A stretch of DNA of 63,310 bases, counting the filler, from Octopus bimaculoides (Eukaryota): assembly GCF_001194135.2 (NCBI RefSeq). It is 3 parts of 3 records of this genome, joined end to end, with 100 filler letters (N's around TTAATTAATTAA, not from the genome) between each part and the next. Parts side by side here need not be neighbours in the genome. Positions count along the whole stretch, not along the records: positions 61,358 to 63,310 come from NW_026307712.1; 2 more parts are not named here. The stretch is one strand, 5' to 3'. The notes beneath the pieces are model-generated. The model was given only the letters and a program-made list of their open reading frames with translations, had not been told where the DNA came from and made no database searches. A program made the position numbers and the translations under genes. Position 1 is the first letter of the stretch. Each line of letters starts with the position of its first letter. Below, piece by piece: positions 61,358 through 63,310 of this stretch.

Positions 61358-62560
61358 CATCTTGTCTTTTCAATCCTTCCGTGCATCCTTTTGGATCCCT
61401 TTCTCTTGGCCATCTCCAAGTGTTCATCTTTTCCTTTGATTTCTTTCACCTATTGCTCATTCATTGTTGTCATTTTTCTGTTGTTTACTCTTTCTTCTTC
61501 ATCTTGTTTCTTAAATGGTTTTAGCTGCATCCTATTCTCCATAGGTATCCTCTTGTTATTTCCAACAGCAGCAAGCAAGTGATATTATCATCCCAGACAT
61601 CTCATTGCCAACACAGATCTTGCATCCTCTTCCTAGGTACATACAACTTGTCAGTATCGCTTTTGGTGTGTAGTTCCTTGTTACTTGCCATTACACTTCT
61701 GCTTTTCCTCTCCATTTCCTCAATCTCATTTTTTGTTCACCTTACAACTCCTGTGCCATATTTAATTAAGGAAACAGCCCACGTGTTCATTGTCCCGATC
61801 TTGTGTTTTGTTTTTTGTCCATTGAGCCTACTTCCCATAATTAATTTGGTTCTTCTGAGATATTCTCACATAATTTCAGATGTCATCAGACACCTGTACC
61901 AACACAAGACTTTCTAAAATCCAGGAATGGGGGGAGCCTGTCATACACTTTCTTCCAATCGATTCCACACCATTCCCAGATTAGTAAGTCTTTTCTTGCT
62001 GTCGTTCAGCGCCATTCTGTCTCACAAGTTGATCGTTTCTCCCTCAGCTTTTCCTCCTGCATCCCTTTCTGTTCCACTGGCAGTTTTTCATTCGTTTCCA
62101 GGAGGTTATACACGCAATTAGGTATTATTCAGCTTCCACTTCAGAGGTAGGCAGGTGATAGGCTGGTAATTATCCACTGCATTACCTTTACTGGGATCCT
62201 TTTGGCAAAGAACCATTTTACCTGTGCTCAGCCTCTTCCACCCTGTTGTTGATCCTTTTATCCGTTTGTGCAGCTATTCTTTGGTTTAGTGCTGGGAAAT
62301 TTCCCAGCCAATACCGCTGGACCCTATTCCGGCTTGGATGTTTCCAGTTTAGGGTTTTTGTTGTTTGCTCAGTTGATATCTGAGCCCTGCTTCTCCATCC
62401 ACAATTCATGCATCCCCTTTCTATACCCTCTTATGGGGCTTCCCTTCATCACAAACAGGTCAACTCAAAAAATAACATTCCGTCACAGCTGTATTCAATG
62501 CCTGAGTCCATTTTGTTCTAGCAGCTGTATAATGAAGACTGGGCCTGTGCTGCTCAGCCA
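61358..62560 (-). mobile_element. R4/Dong-like (RLE-type) non-LTR retrotransposon remnant with internal deletions
   Basis: NWKHPS...VQRYW; [24 protein letters not shown]; IDWKKVYDRLPHSWI; MNTWAVSLIKYG; LHTKSDTDKLYVPRK; MHGR near the gap. Confidence 0.82.
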
Positions 62561-62829
62561 TGGGCCACCTGCTAGGTGAAAGTCTCTCACCTGTAGTTCT
62601 GTCCTCGTTTACGCTGTTGTTTGTATTCTTTTATTCATTACTCGTGAAGAGGAAAGTGTTGATAAGGTGTCACAACCAACAGTATTTTTATCAAGGCACC
62701 ATCTCTAGTGGGATCTTTTAAAAAAAGACTCTCAAAGGGACCCCTCTGCACTCAAGAGTTTAAATGAGCTATCCTGCACTGGACACCAGGCTGGTATGCA
62801 GATAGGAGAAGTGTTAAACATGAAGCCTG

Positions 62830-63170
62830 GCAAACTAAGAGGTGGGGAGGGGGAGATTAGTGAAGGGACAGAAAGGAATGACCAATGTACGGTTTCATGG
62901 ATGGAGATGATAATGAAAGAGAGGCAACTGGTATTATTGAAATGGTGGGGGTGGGTGAGAAGTATGTGCAGATTCTGCTCTCAAATGGTTACAGCTGTAA
63001 AGTAGGACCATAGTTAGAAGAGTAATGGAGGGATGGGTGTTAGGAAGATGAGATGTGGTGAAGGGGATGATTCACAGGGGCAGATGTGGATGTAGGGCCC
63101 AGCATGGACAGGAATAAGCACAATGCATTCAGGACCTCAATTTTGCAGACAGATATGTGTCTTTATATGT
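62830..63170 (-). pseudogene. Possible degenerate Neptune-like PLE fragment
   Basis: Frame-broken PLLF..YGPTLQL...EQNLHILLTHP resembles the LTYHP...LHIL region of 36140-37277. Confidence 0.3.
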
Positions 63171-63310
63171 CATTTTGTTCAACTTGGACCAGGATGGAAT
63201 ATGGACATTAAACCATGATGGGATAGTGACGATAAGGGAATATATGTAAGTGTGTATATGTATATATATGTATATATCATCATCATCATCGTTTAACGTC
63301 CGCTTTCCAT

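Overview
Eukaryotic, AT-rich, microsatellite- and gap-rich DNA. The repeat families and (TA)n/(CA)n load suggest an octopus genome (inference). The only host coding sequence I can support is the first coding exon of an SLC6 sodium/chloride-dependent transporter (2963-3140, +, creatine/taurine-transporter-like). Exon 2 is not visible, so the remaining ~60 kb is intron and/or unordered joined scaffold. That stretch is packed with transposable elements: an internally deleted Gypsy (Mag-like) LTR element with two nested SINEs, two L1/Tx1-type LINE pieces, an R4/Dong-like LINE, Penelope-like elements (PLEs), a mariner, a SAP-SWIM DNA transposon, several MITEs and at least five tRNA-derived SINE families (my labels A-E). 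Two observations stand out. (1) Two independent Tx1-type LINE junctions fall at the same ~14-bp site inside the tRNA-derived head of SINE-C, suggesting a SINE-targeting site-specific retrotransposon. (2) SINE-D combines a Pol III tRNA head with a tail carrying a minimal hammerhead ribozyme, and one copy has a PLE-style inverted 5' tail inside a 17-bp TSD, suggesting a PLE-mobilised, self-cleaving SINE. All alignments and folds were done by eye. Family names are recalled, not database results.
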